From Phoronis australis (lineage: Eukaryota > Animalia > Phoronida): 64,000 nucleotides of DNA. The stretch spans positions 395,874 through 459,873 of the forward strand of contig NMRA01000311.1 of the NCBI GenBank assembly GCA_002633005.1, written 5' to 3'. This document shows positions 53,331 to 64,000 of this stretch, piece after piece; the stretch's first letter is position 1, and the number at the start of each line of letters is the position of its first letter. The notes below the pieces were generated by a model that was not told where the DNA came from, searched no databases, and was given only the letters and a program-made list of their open reading frames with translations. Position numbers and translations under genes: made by a program.

Positions 53331-54730
53331 CTTTTTATGCGCCCACATATTTACATGTGGACGGCATTATGCCGTCATCTCCGTCCGTCCGGCGTCCGGC
53401 GTCCGCTGCTCTACATGTATCTCCAAGACCCTTTGACCGACATGCGTTCATGAAATTTGGCACCGCGGCATATGTTCCATTCATGAATGAGACGGTACGG
53501 CATGAGCGAACTTTCGGACGGATCCGACTACCAGTGTGCCCCCTAGTGGCAATTTGAGTTTTTTACGCTTACCTTTGTATCTTCAAAAGTCCTGAACGGA
53601 TTTTCATGAAATTTGGTATTAGGCACTTATTAGTGAGATGACGCTATTCTCCCGTTTTCGAATGGATTCGACGTAGTTTGCGCCACCTAGTGGCCATTTT
53701 TACTGTTTTCGAGTCTGTTTTTTTGCGTCCACCCCTCTATCAACCAAACCGCTCAAAGGATGATTGTGAAAATTGGCATGTATGTGCTTACTATGATGAG
53801 GACGGTTGACGATGATTTTCCGACGATTTCCACTACTGTGGCGCCTCCTAGTGGCAGTTTTTTTTTGCGCCTATGGCTGTATCTCCTAAACCGTGAGGAT
53901 CTTTACGATAGACGACGACGAATTTTGGACAGATTCGACTACCGATGTGCCCCCTAGTGGCAATTTTATTTTTTTTACGTTTATCTTTCTTCAAAAGTCC
54001 TTAGCGGATTTTCATGAAATTTAATAGGCACCTATTAGTGAGGTGGACGCTATCCTCCCGTTTTCGGATGGATTTGACGTAGTTTTATGCCACCAACTGG
54101 CCATTTTTACTGTTTTCGAGTCTGTTGTTTGCTTCCGCCCCTCTATCAACCAAACCGCTCAAAGGATGATTGTGAAAAGTGGCATGTATGTGCTTACTAT
54201 ATAGAGGACAGTTGACGATGATTTTCCGACAATTTCGACTACTGTGGCGCCTCCTAGTGGCAGTTTTGTTTTTGTTGCGTCTATGGCTGTATCTCCTAAA
54301 CCATTCGCAGGATCTTTACTTAATTTAGCAAGTGCATTTATATGATTTTGACTACGGACGACGACTTTTGGACAGATCTGACTTCTGCTGTGCTCCCTAG
54401 TGGCAATTATAGTTTTTTACTTTTATTTCAGTATCTTCAAAGGTCCACAACAGATTTTCATAAAATTTTAAATGTAGGCATCTATTGGTGTGATGACGCT
54501 GTCTTCCTGTTTTTAGATGGAATCGAGGTATTTTGCAACACGTAGTGGCCATTTTTTGCTGTTTTCAAATCTTGTTTTTGGTGTCCACCCCTGTATCAAC
54601 CAAATCATTTGAAAATTGGCATATATGTACTCAGTGTGAAGCCGACCTTTGATGATGGTGACTGACTACTGTGGCGCCTCCTAGTGGTAGTTTTGTTTTG
54701 TGCTCGTGCTGGCTACCACCTAGCGGCACT
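53331..54730 (+). mobile_element. Helentron-associated non-autonomous element (HINE/DINE-1-like), 3'-truncated
   Basis: Begins in a T-run with tttttatgcgcccacatatttacatgtggac, then a (CGTC)n microsatellite, then ~410-445-bp tandem units of three related subunits; homologous to 57510-58844. Confidence 0.75.
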
Positions 54731-55121
54731 CAGGGAACCAGCGAGGGAAATACCTAGATTAAGCATCAGGTCATAAAATTCTGTGACTATCAAAGTGTGG
54801 CCAACAGTTTCTCCGTTGCCAAAAAGACAGTATAGTTAAGCGTCCTATGTAAACAATCTACATGTAGGCACCAGCATGATTGGGTCAAGTCTGAATCAAA
54901 GTGAAACATTATTAACTTCATGAAGAGGTAATGAGACAAATGCACTCACGACTATGATACTAGGAAATCAATAAATCCCCTTTATCCGTGTGCGCGACAA
55001 ATGTTTTATAATAAACAAATAACACCAGTTTGAATCATTTAAAAAATCCCGATCGCTCGTCCAGCAAAATGGCACTTAGTCAAAGCCAGTACTGAATTTG
55101 GAAAAAACCCCTCGTACATAT

Positions 55122-55450
55122 ACAAGAGCAACGCGGAGCGTTGAAATGAGCTCACGAATGCATTGCAAATGGTGTGCTTAAGGTTATTTATTTGTATCAT
55201 AAAAATGGCCACTGGATGGCGCAAAAACATACAATCCATCCAAAAACGGGAACATGCCATATTTCATAAAAATCTGTCAAGGAACTTCAGAGAAACAAAG
55301 GGAAACAAAATAATATGAAATTGCCACTAGTGGGCACAGTGTCCGTTGGGTCCGCCTGAAAGTCGCCGTCGTCTGTTGTTATCTTCATATAAATACACTT
55401 ACTAAATTTAGTAAAGATCCTGCAGTGGCTTTAGGAGATACAACTACAGG
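55122..55450 (-). mobile_element. 3' fragment of the same HINE-like family, inverted
   Basis: acaagagcaacgcggagcgttgaaatg is the reverse complement of the 58818-58843 terminus; homology extends ~330 bp. Confidence 0.8.
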
Positions 55451-55524
55451 TATCACTTAATTTTCCTCGGAAATTTTTTTACGCCGGCGTTTGTGATTGG
55501 CTGGTCGAATTCTCAACAGGCAGC

Positions 55525-56069
55525 GTGTCAGAATATAGTCTGACGGTATTATTAGTTGTATTGTTTTGCTTTGTTATTCAGTTTGATTGGCATGACCCCT
55601 GAGTTAAGTACAATGATGATGTTATTTGTTTACTACAGAATGGTATGAAACTTTCTAGAAGACTGAGGTCAGAACAGTGATGATGTAATTTGTTTACTAC
55701 AGTATAGTGTGGAACTTTCTAGAAGACTCTAGCATGACAGTGATTGATGCAGTCTGGAATATTCTAGAGATTAGTACATGTTTGTAGAATGGTTGGGTAG
55801 ATTCAGAAAAGTTCTAGAATGTGCTTGAATTGATGAAAAGTTCCAGAACAATGCATTAGGCTATAAATACACAAGCACGGGTTTGTGTTGGTCAGTTGAG
55901 TCCAAGAAGATCAAGTTGGGAGATCAAGTGAGATCAAGCCAGTTCAAGAAAGTTTAATATCAGGAGAACTACAGTTGAGTTGCAGTGAAGAGAATCAGCA
56001 GTTATACAGCGATAGTCAATAGAGAGCCAGCTATAGAGACAGCAGGTTATTGAATCAACGAGTGTAACA
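55525..56069 (+). mobile_element. LTR-like insert carrying a heat-shock-element cluster, TATA and Inr
   Basis: TGTCA..TAACA ends (or CAGC direct repeats at 55521-55524 and 56068-56071); five TTCnnGAA/GAG cores at 55653-55848; TATAAATA 55862-55869; TCAGTT 55892-55897; interrupts kinase-like sequence. No AATAAA or clean TSD seen. Confidence 0.55.
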
Positions 56070-57509
56070 GCAAGGGCCCGTCTTCCGCTTCAGCTGTTGA
56101 GGTCACGTCGTTTTCATGCACGTAATTTTGTACACAAGCTTCTTGTTCAATACCGGTAGCGTCATTTACGAAAGTCCCAAGGCACACTTTGCCTGAAATT
56201 CCTTCGCCGATCACGGGGTAATCCCCGTCTCCTCTTACATCGTATCAGTAAAGAAAAAAAATGTTGAACCGGCTTAGATTTGTCAGTTTAATTAGTTGGA
56301 TACGCTGGTTCATATTCCACAACTTCGCGATGAGGTCGCGCCATTACTGCTAAGAACGTACATTGTATGAGGCAGGTCCATAACACCAGGTTACACGATG
56401 CCTGGAGTGTGTTTTTAGGGACTTCTTTTATGATTCCTCGTACCATCTGTTCACCCTAAAACCCGCCTGTTTGCGTGTTGTGCGAGGAGTTTGATATCCG
56501 TTAGAATATTACAATTATCTAGAGAATCGTTTGTGTTGCTACTATTTTTATTTGCATCCAATTATTGACGCAAATGTTGGGATTACCCAGAATTCCGAGA
56601 CTCATAAATTAATAAAAGACATGCAACAAAAGTTCAATTTATTTCAAATTAGTGAGCAATGAAAATTAAGAAGTTACCTGAATGCCTTCTTTGGCAGATA
56701 CGTCCTCGTTGGCTCCCGTTTTCTGAACATTTTTCTGATCCAATTTTGGATGATTCACTCTCTAAAAAAATCTTATAACTGTTTTGAAAAAATGGGTAAT
56801 AAAAGTTTGGATATCACTTCAAGAAAAATGACCGGTCATCCTTCTGTTGCTACAGGCGGGTTCAAAGGTAATTTAATGTTATGCAGTCTATTTTGATATG
56901 GTCAAATGGTGAAATTAATGGTCCGACAGAAAATAATTGTGTTCACTTAATGACTTTTTGATATTTTTAAATAACGATAGAGAAAAAATTACGAAAACTA
57001 CATTCGTCTGATGGGCAGATAATGGTTTATGTACATAATAATATTCTAGCATGAATATTTTACTGTTCTTCAAAAATCAGTTAAGAAAAATAAGACTGGC
57101 TTGTTAACATTCTCATAAATACATTAAAAGGAAACAATCGGTTTTACTGCCGGAAAATGTATTTTATGGGTAAATTCTGAGTACCATTGACTTCATGAAG
57201 TTAACAGTAAAATCCGTTATGATTTTGTTATAAATAACCGATTCCTTACAAAGGTTTCCAGTTAAAGTTATATGAAACTGGGGTGGTGACTTCATCAGCT
57301 CAATGTTTCGTTACTGGGCGCCGTGAAGATCGTCGAGGCCTTTGTCGTGTATTGCTGATCAAAGTCGGCGCGCAAAAAACTAAGAATTAATCTCCTGAGT
57401 GTGCGAGAAAAATAGCAAAGGGTCGAAGCACATTGGAGGAGTAACCTCCCGAGAAAAAGCAATGGGGCGAAATGAGTGATGGATTCCCATGCAAGATGAG
57501 TTGAACATC

Positions 57510-58844
57510 TTTAGGAGCCCACATATTTATATGTGGACGCATTATGCCGTCGTCTCCGTCCGTCCGTCCGTCCGGGGTCCTTCCGTCCGGGGTCCGTCCG
57601 TCCGGCGTCCGCTGCTCTATCTCCAAAACCCTTTGACGTACTTTCATGTAATTTTGCACATATGTTCCTATCATAGATGGAAAGGCATGAGCGAATTTTC
57701 ACACTACCGGTGACAGTTTTAGTTTTTTTAAGCTTGCCTCTATATCTTCAAAGGGCCTCAACGTATTTTCATAAAATTTGGATATAGGCATTTATTAGTG
57801 TGATGACGCTATCCCCCCGTTTTCTGATGGATTCGACGTAGTTTGCGCCACTTAGTGGTCATTTTTTTTGTTGTTTTCGAGTCTGTTTTTTGGCGTCCAC
57901 CCCTCTATCAACCAAACCGCAGTAAGGATGATTGTGGAAATTTGCATGTGTGTTCGTGCTATGAAGAGGACGGTTGACGATGATTTTTCAACGATTTCGA
58001 CTACTGTAGCGTCTCCTAGTGGCCGTTTTTTTTTTGCGCCCAGGGCTGCATCTCCTAAACCGTTTGCAACATCTTTGCTAAATTTAGCAAGTGTATTTAT
58101 ATGTTGTTGACAACGGATGACAACTTTCGCACGGATCTGACTACCAGTGTGCCCCCTAATGGCAATTTTCATTTTTTAGGCTTACCTCAGTATCTTCAAA
58201 GGTCCTCAACGAATCATCAGAAAAGTTGGAATAAGGCATTTATTGGTGAGATGATGCTATCTTCCCACTTTCGGATGGAATCGAGGTATTTTGCGCCACC
58301 CAGTGGCCATTTTTCCTGTTTTCGAGTCTTTTTTTTTGCGTCCACCCCTCGATCAACCAAACCATTCTAAGGATGATTTTGAAAATTGGCTTATATGTTC
58401 TCAGTGTGAAGAGGACGGTTGACGATATTGAATTCGACTACTTTGGCGCCTCCTAGTGGTAGTTTTGTTTTGTTTTGTTTTGGGGCCATAGCTGCATCTC
58501 CTAAACTCACTGCAGGATCTTTATGAAATTTAGTAATTGTATTTATATGAAGCTACCAACAGACGACGACGTCTTTCAGGCGTATCCAATGACCGCTGTG
58601 CCTCATAGTGACAATTTCATTTTTTCTGTTTTCCTTTTTTTCTCTGAAGTTCCTTGACAGATATTTATGAAATTTGCTAAATATCTTTCTATAAGAGAAG
58701 CGATGGCATGTTCCTATTTTCAGATGGGTTGGACGTTTTTTCGCCATCTATTGGCTATTTTTATGAAACAGATAAATAACCCTAGAATCACTCCGTTTGC
58801 GGTGCATTTGTAGGCGCATTTCAACGCTCCGCGTTGCTCTTGTT
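57510..58844 (+). mobile_element. Apparently complete HINE/DINE-1-like element
   Basis: 5' subterminal IR gagcccacatat, (CGTC)n microsatellite, internal tandem units, 3' IR atttgtaggcgcat, hairpin CAACGC-tcc-GCGTTG (58822-58836), end ctcttgtt; T-rich insertion site without TSD. Confidence 0.8.
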
Positions 58845-60988
58845 ATAAATGCCGACATTGCTCGAGTAGACAGCCGGAAGGTTTGCTTTCCTGCCCGTCT
58901 TCTAGGAATAGCCACCATTCAAGCATATTTGAGATTAATATCAAGCAAAACCTAAAATTATATTTGAATAGCTAATAATATTTCTGGTCTTTAACTCATT
59001 AACTCGGCGATTGAATCCGTCACTGACTCTCAACAGTTTTCTGATGATCTCGGCCAGCCGATCGGAAGCACACAAGTATAGTAATTGTAAATTAAACAAA
59101 ACACACACAAAATTTCCTATTTCAACATCAACTCTTCCACAGCTCTCCTCGGATAGGTACACTATGAAAATAAAATTTTATGCATTTTTCGCAAATAATG
59201 CAAGAGGGAATCAAATCCATGGACTATTTTTATCTCATTTGATGAATTTTTACTTGCCTCATTTTCAAGAATCTCGTCGTCGTCGTCCACTGCTGCACTC
59301 TTCATGCACAAAAGTTGACAACAAAGACATCATAAACATGCCCGAAGATTTTTAAGAAATTTACCCATATTAATCTTTTGCAAAATTAATATTTCAATAG
59401 CACTTTAGAAGCTACTTGTCGTCATAAAGGCAGCCATGGAAAATGCGTCACAGTGACGTTCTTTATTCTTACGTCACTTTATTGTCTGAGGTCAAATAAG
59501 TAAAGGGAATTTAATTCATACTCTAACCTTTGTTAACGCAAAGATACAGGAATTGAAGTATCAGTCCTTGTCTCGAGTGAAATCAACAGAAAATGAATAA
59601 ATAATGACTCTGTCTTGAAACATTTAATTATCCCAAAAACGTTTTGTTTTGATTTAATACTGGATCGTAAAACTGTACGATTATGAAATGTTTGGCTTGC
59701 GAAATACTGGGTATATAAAATACTAGATTATGAAATAATTACCGCCTATGTACAGTACGTATTTAGGCATATGCACCGCGGCGCAACCTTACATTTAGTC
59801 ATGTGTGTCTAGAACAACCTAATAGGCTTGTGATATTTTGATTACTGCTGTACTGAAAATTATACAGTACATTCTTGAGCAATTTTCTTGCAGGAAGTTT
59901 AAGTAATTTTATGTTCAAAATTGGTAATGTATTTGACTTTCCATTTTATGTGTTTCCACATGGTGTCAAAGTCTTTGATTAAGATAATTCAATAATCCAA
60001 CCATTGATCACTAAATGTGACAATAGTTATGAAAATAAAAAATTGTTTATGTAATTATTTGAAAGACAAGATTCATTCAATATAATGATTTGGTGTGATA
60101 TGTTTCAAATTTGGAACACTGTAGGCTGCAAGGATCCCAATCAATCCTATTTGTGCGACTGTTACAGCCCTCGAATTTAGTTGGCCTTGTTACTTTAATT
60201 ACGCCGTGTCTTGGGCCTATCTCCAGAACAACTTTATCTGGAACAGTTTGTTCTACCTTCTGATGTGGAATGAGTTGATGCCAATTCCCCTTGGGTATCA
60301 AGTTGTTCCAGAACAAGTGACGTTCACACTAATTCTTTCCCCTTAGTAGGTTGCACTTGCAGCACCAGGGACTTTGTTAGGGTAAGCAGAATATACCTTT
60401 CATGAAGGTACTTATTATGAAAATTACACCCCAGTGCAGTCATTTGTTTATTTGTGTCATTGGAAGCTAGAAAAGTGTAGATCTACGTGAAAAGAAGAAA
60501 TAATTGCCTAACTAAATTATGTCTTCATAATCTTTCGGGAGTCCAGTCACGTCTCCTGGCAGTCCTTATGATGGAGTCTAAAATAGAGAAAATGATACCA
60601 TAATGGTGTAGATGTTTTTCCCAGTATTTTAATGTTAGGGTGATAATGAAACAGTAATTCGAAAATTTTATAAGGAGTACTCTCTGTCGGCTCTCAATTA
60701 ACAGATGTATTTATGAAAAACTATTGTTATGGCTACGACTTTGACTGTTTTTACAATCGTTCAATATAACCTCGTATGTGTACTGTCATGGTCTTATATT
60801 CGGGATCGTTATGTTCCCAGCGGCTTACAAGTCAGTAGATTGAATATGCACTAGCAGTCTTGGTAAATAATTGACCAATGATACTAACCCAAGCTTACAG
60901 GAATGGTTAGCATGGCGTCATTATGACGTTTTGGACCCAGTGTGACGACATGTCTATTATTATTTCCGGGTCCAAATTACGTCATCAA

Positions 60989-61058
60989 CAGGGGCGAATC
61001 CAGGATTTTGAGTTGGGGGGGNNNNNNNNNNNTTGGCCCCCGTCTAAATCCGCCACTG
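60989..61058. mobile_element. CAG(G/T)GGCG-ended MITE spanning an N gap
   Basis: CAGGGGCGAATCCAG ... TAAATCCGCCACTG. Confidence 0.65.
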
Positions 61059-61329
61059 TTAAATTCAGTTAAGTTTGAAAACATTTGTCATAGTTGTCTT
61101 TAATGAGCGTTATTTGGCTTAAATTTTGACTGAACTAACTTTCGTTAAAATCCGTTTGTTTTGAAATATTTGAATAAAGTGAATCGGAAAGAGCATTTTA
61201 AAACATGTTCCTTGAAAATGGTCAGTACTGCATACTGATAGACAGAACTCACGTGACGACGTGCAGCTCTTTCGTCGACACACGATGCGATAATCCCACG
61301 ATTAGAAAAACCTACCGTTTGGTTGCGAC

Positions 61330-62310
61330 TCCAGTCGACCAGCCGTTTGTAAATCGAGGCTAGATCCAGATGTCAATCTAGTCCAGTGTTAGAAGCATTT
61401 CCTACTATTTAACCGGTATCACGACTTTCGGTTGGGTTAATATCTACCGCGAATTAAAGCATTCTAAAACCATTCTTCAATGGATATTACAAGTCAGTGA
61501 CGTGAACAGCAGGGTATATTTAGTACACTGAGGTAATTTTCCAAATTGACTTCAATTTTGTCGCCAACCTTGCAAATATCAATCCCTTATTCGTTGCGTA
61601 ACTTGCATGAATGAAATTTCACTAACAGCACCTTAATTCAACCAAACTGTAGCATCCATAATTTGACAATTTTGAGTCAGTGAATACCGCCGGTATCATT
61701 TTTGTCCAACTCGTATAAGGTGTGATAAGCAGCCCTTGAGTTACGATGAGGAAGCATTTTGAGTAGTTTGAACCAATATTTGATAATGTTGACAAAGTAC
61801 TTGGTGAATAACCGCAGGGCTTCAACTTGGCACTCGATCAAAATCGCGTCGTTTGAGCAGGAATTAGCTACACCATGGGCGGCCCACCATAGGGGGCTGG
61901 GGGCTATAGCCTCCTCACTTTTTTCAGTGCTATGCCGCCCATGGTGTTTGGGAGGTGCGCCACAGGGGGGGGGGGCTGGGGGGCTATAGCCCACACTTTT
62001 TTCAGTGCTGTGCCGCCCATGTACACCTAACGCACGTTTAAAAAATGTAATTTCTGAGCCAAACGTATTCTTGGAAGCACAATATTTCGACTCCATAACC
62101 CAGGGTAGGTGGAATCATATTGTCAAATATCTCAAAGGCTTCAGGCGGTTGAAACATTGATAATTGTTTTGTAGTTTATCCACCGCAAGAGCATTTCACC
62201 GTTCATGGCTTAACTGAGTACTAGTCAAGGTCACGTGGCACAATTTTGGGGTGAACACAACACCAAGATATTCATCACTGGAAACCACTTCGAGTTTTCA
62301 TTTCCAAAGC
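61330..62310 (-). mobile_element. Decayed non-LTR retrotransposon (CR1/L2 group) ORF2 C-terminal region
   Basis: Minus-strand peptides LEVVSSDEYLGVVFTPKL, FEIFDNMIPPTLGYGVEI, FFKRALGV|ANSCSNDAILIEC and IIKYWFKLLKM..R..RAAYHTLYELD resemble RT thumb/C-terminal motifs (YKYLG, LFDxxVxPILxYGxEIW, IKYWxKLL); frameshifted. Confidence 0.75.
61874..62021. mobile_element. 148-bp CATG-terminated MITE with 5-bp TSD, nested in the LINE
   Basis: CATGGGCGGC ... GCCGCCCATG with an internal duplication; TSD TACAC at 61869-61873 and 62022-62026; removing it leaves the LINE motif ALGV-ANS contiguous. Confidence 0.85.
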
Positions 62311-62569
62311 ATCACCTCTCACAAATTACTTCTCAAGGGACACCGTTTCTGATTACCGTGGCTTTGATTTTCGCTTAATTTACGGACATACCCCGATCTC
62401 CACAAAAATATCTAACTTATAGCGTTTAACAGGTAAGTAACCATACAGGGTCGTGTCATAGCCATATAACAACAACTTTATATCAGTGACATTTTGACTT
62501 AGAAAAATACCATCATCAGGCAAGGTGGGGGGGGGTCCCTTTTAGGTAAGAACCCAATGCTAGTACTTT

Positions 62570-63120
62570 TTACTACTGTTCACAATTGGTTATTCGCCGG
62601 TCAATCATTTTTGATCGTACACAAATTATCATGCACACGTAGTTGATGAAGTTCCTGCTGGGACCGATTGGCAGATAAGATAACCTTTCCTCGGAAATCA
62701 TCAGTTTTGAACATGAACGAGTCTTGAAATTAAACGAAGTATCACAGAAATCGAAACATTCGACAGTAAATGACAGCTCCAATGTTTTTGCGCTGTTGTT
62801 GTCAACTGTTGTAAAAATCAAATTCAATGTCATCCATGTGTGACTCTCACTTTTGTTCACGCACCACCGGAAATTATTTTCTACGAGTTTTACGAGTTTG
62901 AGCAGAATTAGACGAATTTGTCTCAGTCAGACAGCATATCAACAGTTGTTCGGGTCTTTTTCATCAAACACATTTCAATTTTCCTGTGTGAATGTGTTTT
63001 TTCTTTTGCTTTAAATCATTTCGCCGTGCTTGACTAGTGACTCTCGACTTCCCCGGCCGTTGAACGACGTAGCCCTGCACTGTTACCGCGGAGTACTTGA
63101 GCTGTCTTGCTCACTTTTCC
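62570..63120 (-). mobile_element. Possible decayed LINE ORF1 remnant
   Basis: Broken-frame peptides GVREQK.E..MDDIEFD..DDFRGK..HDNL loosely resemble LINE ORF1 RRM/CTD motifs; same strand as, and upstream of, the ORF2 relic. Confidence 0.3.
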
Positions 63121-64000
63121 TGTCATTTAGTTTTAGTGTTCAGGGATGATGTCCAATCTTACAGTGATTTTTATCCCCATAAACACTCCATGGGTAAGCA
63201 GTAACTATCAGGATGTCGGGTTTCCAAATGGGATTGGACTAAGAAATAGAATTTTGTGTAATAGTATGCCGATTGGCTGAGATGATAAAAAACATGCGAC
63301 TTCTGAAAACAATATATGCTTTTTTAAAACGATTTTATGTTTACGCTTAATATCAATCAAAAGTCACAAACATAAATGTCAAGACATTTCTGGAAGACGG
63401 GAGAGGAATGCACACCCAACCGATTGCCTGGCTATGTGAGAAAACTCGGTATTTCTGGAGATCAGCCTAGCGCTTGACTCGTTCAATTAGTCGGTGGGCC
63501 AGATTTTGTAGGGCCTCTAGAAAATGGTTTTTGTGAGTACTTTAGGGGGGCAATTTTATTTTGGTATTTTTTAATTCATTTATTAGAGTGTTTTCAAAAT
63601 CTAAAAAGTTCCCACATATAAAGTTGCACATTTTTGAGAAATTTGAGTTGGAAGTTACCTAATAATCACCAAAGAGCTTAGTAAACTTATATTTGTAAAA
63701 ACAACAGTTTTGGTGACTTTTTTGTAAAACAAGTAATATGGTCCCATCAGTGCCATTGTATTGAACAATATTACACTCACATTACATGTTTTACTATTGT
63801 AAATTAACTGTAAACAGTTGAAATTTAAAAAACGTAAAGAGACACCTAGTGGCAAAAATGCACACTAAGTCTGAATGTTACTAGGAAGACTTAGGAAGTT
63901 ATTCTGGCATTGTCAGGCAACAAAAATAACACAAAACACTTGAGACTGGGCAAAATTTGTGCCTCAATGACTAAAACATTGACTAATGGTGTAAAATACA

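Larger units (their letters stand above)
52112..56770 (-). pseudogene. Decayed protein-kinase gene fragmented by TE insertions
   Basis: Kinase motifs in the correct order on the minus strand: VIGEGISGKVCLGTF (G-loop, ~56214-56170), VHIDLGLQN (HxDLxxxN, 52435-52409), VRYRTPDFGK (DFG 52282-52274), KYPAPR (APE-like, 52222-52211). An exon-like block at ~56762-56678 ends in CAG|GTAACT. Stops and frameshifts throughout. Confidence 0.45.

Noticed and set aside
57387-58747. ORFs with GRTPD repeats and TVDDDFSTISTTVA segments (also 53271-54545)
   Set aside because: Translations of the (CGTC)n microsatellite and internal tandem units of the non-coding HINE-like element; frames are not conserved between copies.

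Overview
AT-rich, intron-rich eukaryotic DNA from an animal, most likely an invertebrate; it is not prokaryotic. I reconstructed three genes by hand from splice sites and reading-frame phase. (1) A 5'-truncated giant adhesion GPCR on + (<1-27928; 38 exons seen, about 2,190 aa in the window). It has at least six tandem LamG/pentraxin-like domains, a GAIN/GPS with an intact H-L|T site, and a family-B 7TM that lacks both cysteines of the conserved TM3-ECL2 disulfide. (2) SUDS3/SDS3 on - (33072-43184, 309 aa). (3) Derlin-2 on + (43454-49136, 250 aa). SUDS3 and DERL2 are head-to-head with 269 bp between the ATGs. Each carries a minor-spliceosome (U12) intron: AT-AC in SUDS3, GT-AG in DERL2. Each also has the same fold-back repeat family in intron 1. 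The last ~12 kb is a transposon graveyard: Helentron/HINE-like elements with periodic CTCF-like motifs, an LTR-like insert with a heat-shock-element cluster, TATA and Inr, scattered relics of a protein-kinase gene, a decayed CR1/L2-type LINE, and CATG-ended MITEs with 5-bp TSDs. Two N-joined tandem duplications look like assembly artefacts. All family assignments come from motif recognition, not database searches.
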